Assembly: GCA_016840465.1 (NCBI GenBank)
Contig: JAEOSH010000029.1
Location: forward strand, 1-24,744
Source: Candidatus Baldrarchaeum yapensis
Lineage (GTDB): Archaea > Asgardarchaeota > Baldrarchaeia > Baldrarchaeales > Baldrarchaeaceae
Length of the DNA stretch: 24,744 nt
Reading direction: 5' to 3'
In this document: positions 24,726 to 24,744 of the stretch, piece by piece
Numbering within the stretch: the first letter of the stretch is position 1
How the letters are laid out: the number at the start of each line of letters is the position of its first letter
Program-made: the position numbers and the translations under genes
Notes under the pieces: generated by a model
What the model was told of the DNA's origin: nothing
What the model saw: the letters and a program-made list of their open reading frames with translations, nothing else
Database searches by the model: none

Positions 24726-24744
24726 CTGTCTCTTATACACATCT
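24726..24744 (+). other. Nextera/Tn5 mosaic-end adapter (assembly artifact)
   Basis: The last 19 nt are exactly CTGTCTCTTATACACATCT. Confidence 0.98.

Noticed and set aside
1-24744. tRNA, rRNA or IS elements
   Set aside because: No T-loop/cloverleaf signature, rRNA-like tract, transposase motif or terminal inverted repeats found by eye. tRNAscan-SE, Infernal and ISEScan would be decisive.

Overview
Archaeal genomic DNA, probably the end of a metagenomic contig. Evidence: GGTGA/GGAGG-type SD sites, TATA boxes, archaeal ATPase and VapBC families. The lineage cannot be fixed from sequence alone, and the last 19 nt are a Nextera/Tn5 adapter. Metabolic and transport genes: galT, a non-canonical M24 peptidase-fold protein, a divergent IlvD/Edd dehydratase and a DHA1-type MFS transporter. 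Other genes: four antitoxin-PIN loci (one a pseudogene), an archaeal ATPase-wHTH-DUF234 gene, two surface/membrane genes, and a truncated coiled-coil PD-(D/E)XK protein. An AT-rich stretch (~17.7-22 kb) holds decayed genes. The most interesting element is at 5189-11398. A tightly coupled five-gene operon (MoxR-type AAA+ ATPase, DUF2201/vWA partner whose HExxH motif reads HVTLH, three orphan helical proteins) is transcribed divergently from an unusual N-terminal wHTH + P-loop ATPase. No tRNA, rRNA, CRISPR array, integrase or transposase was seen. All family calls come from motif recognition; no database searches were run.
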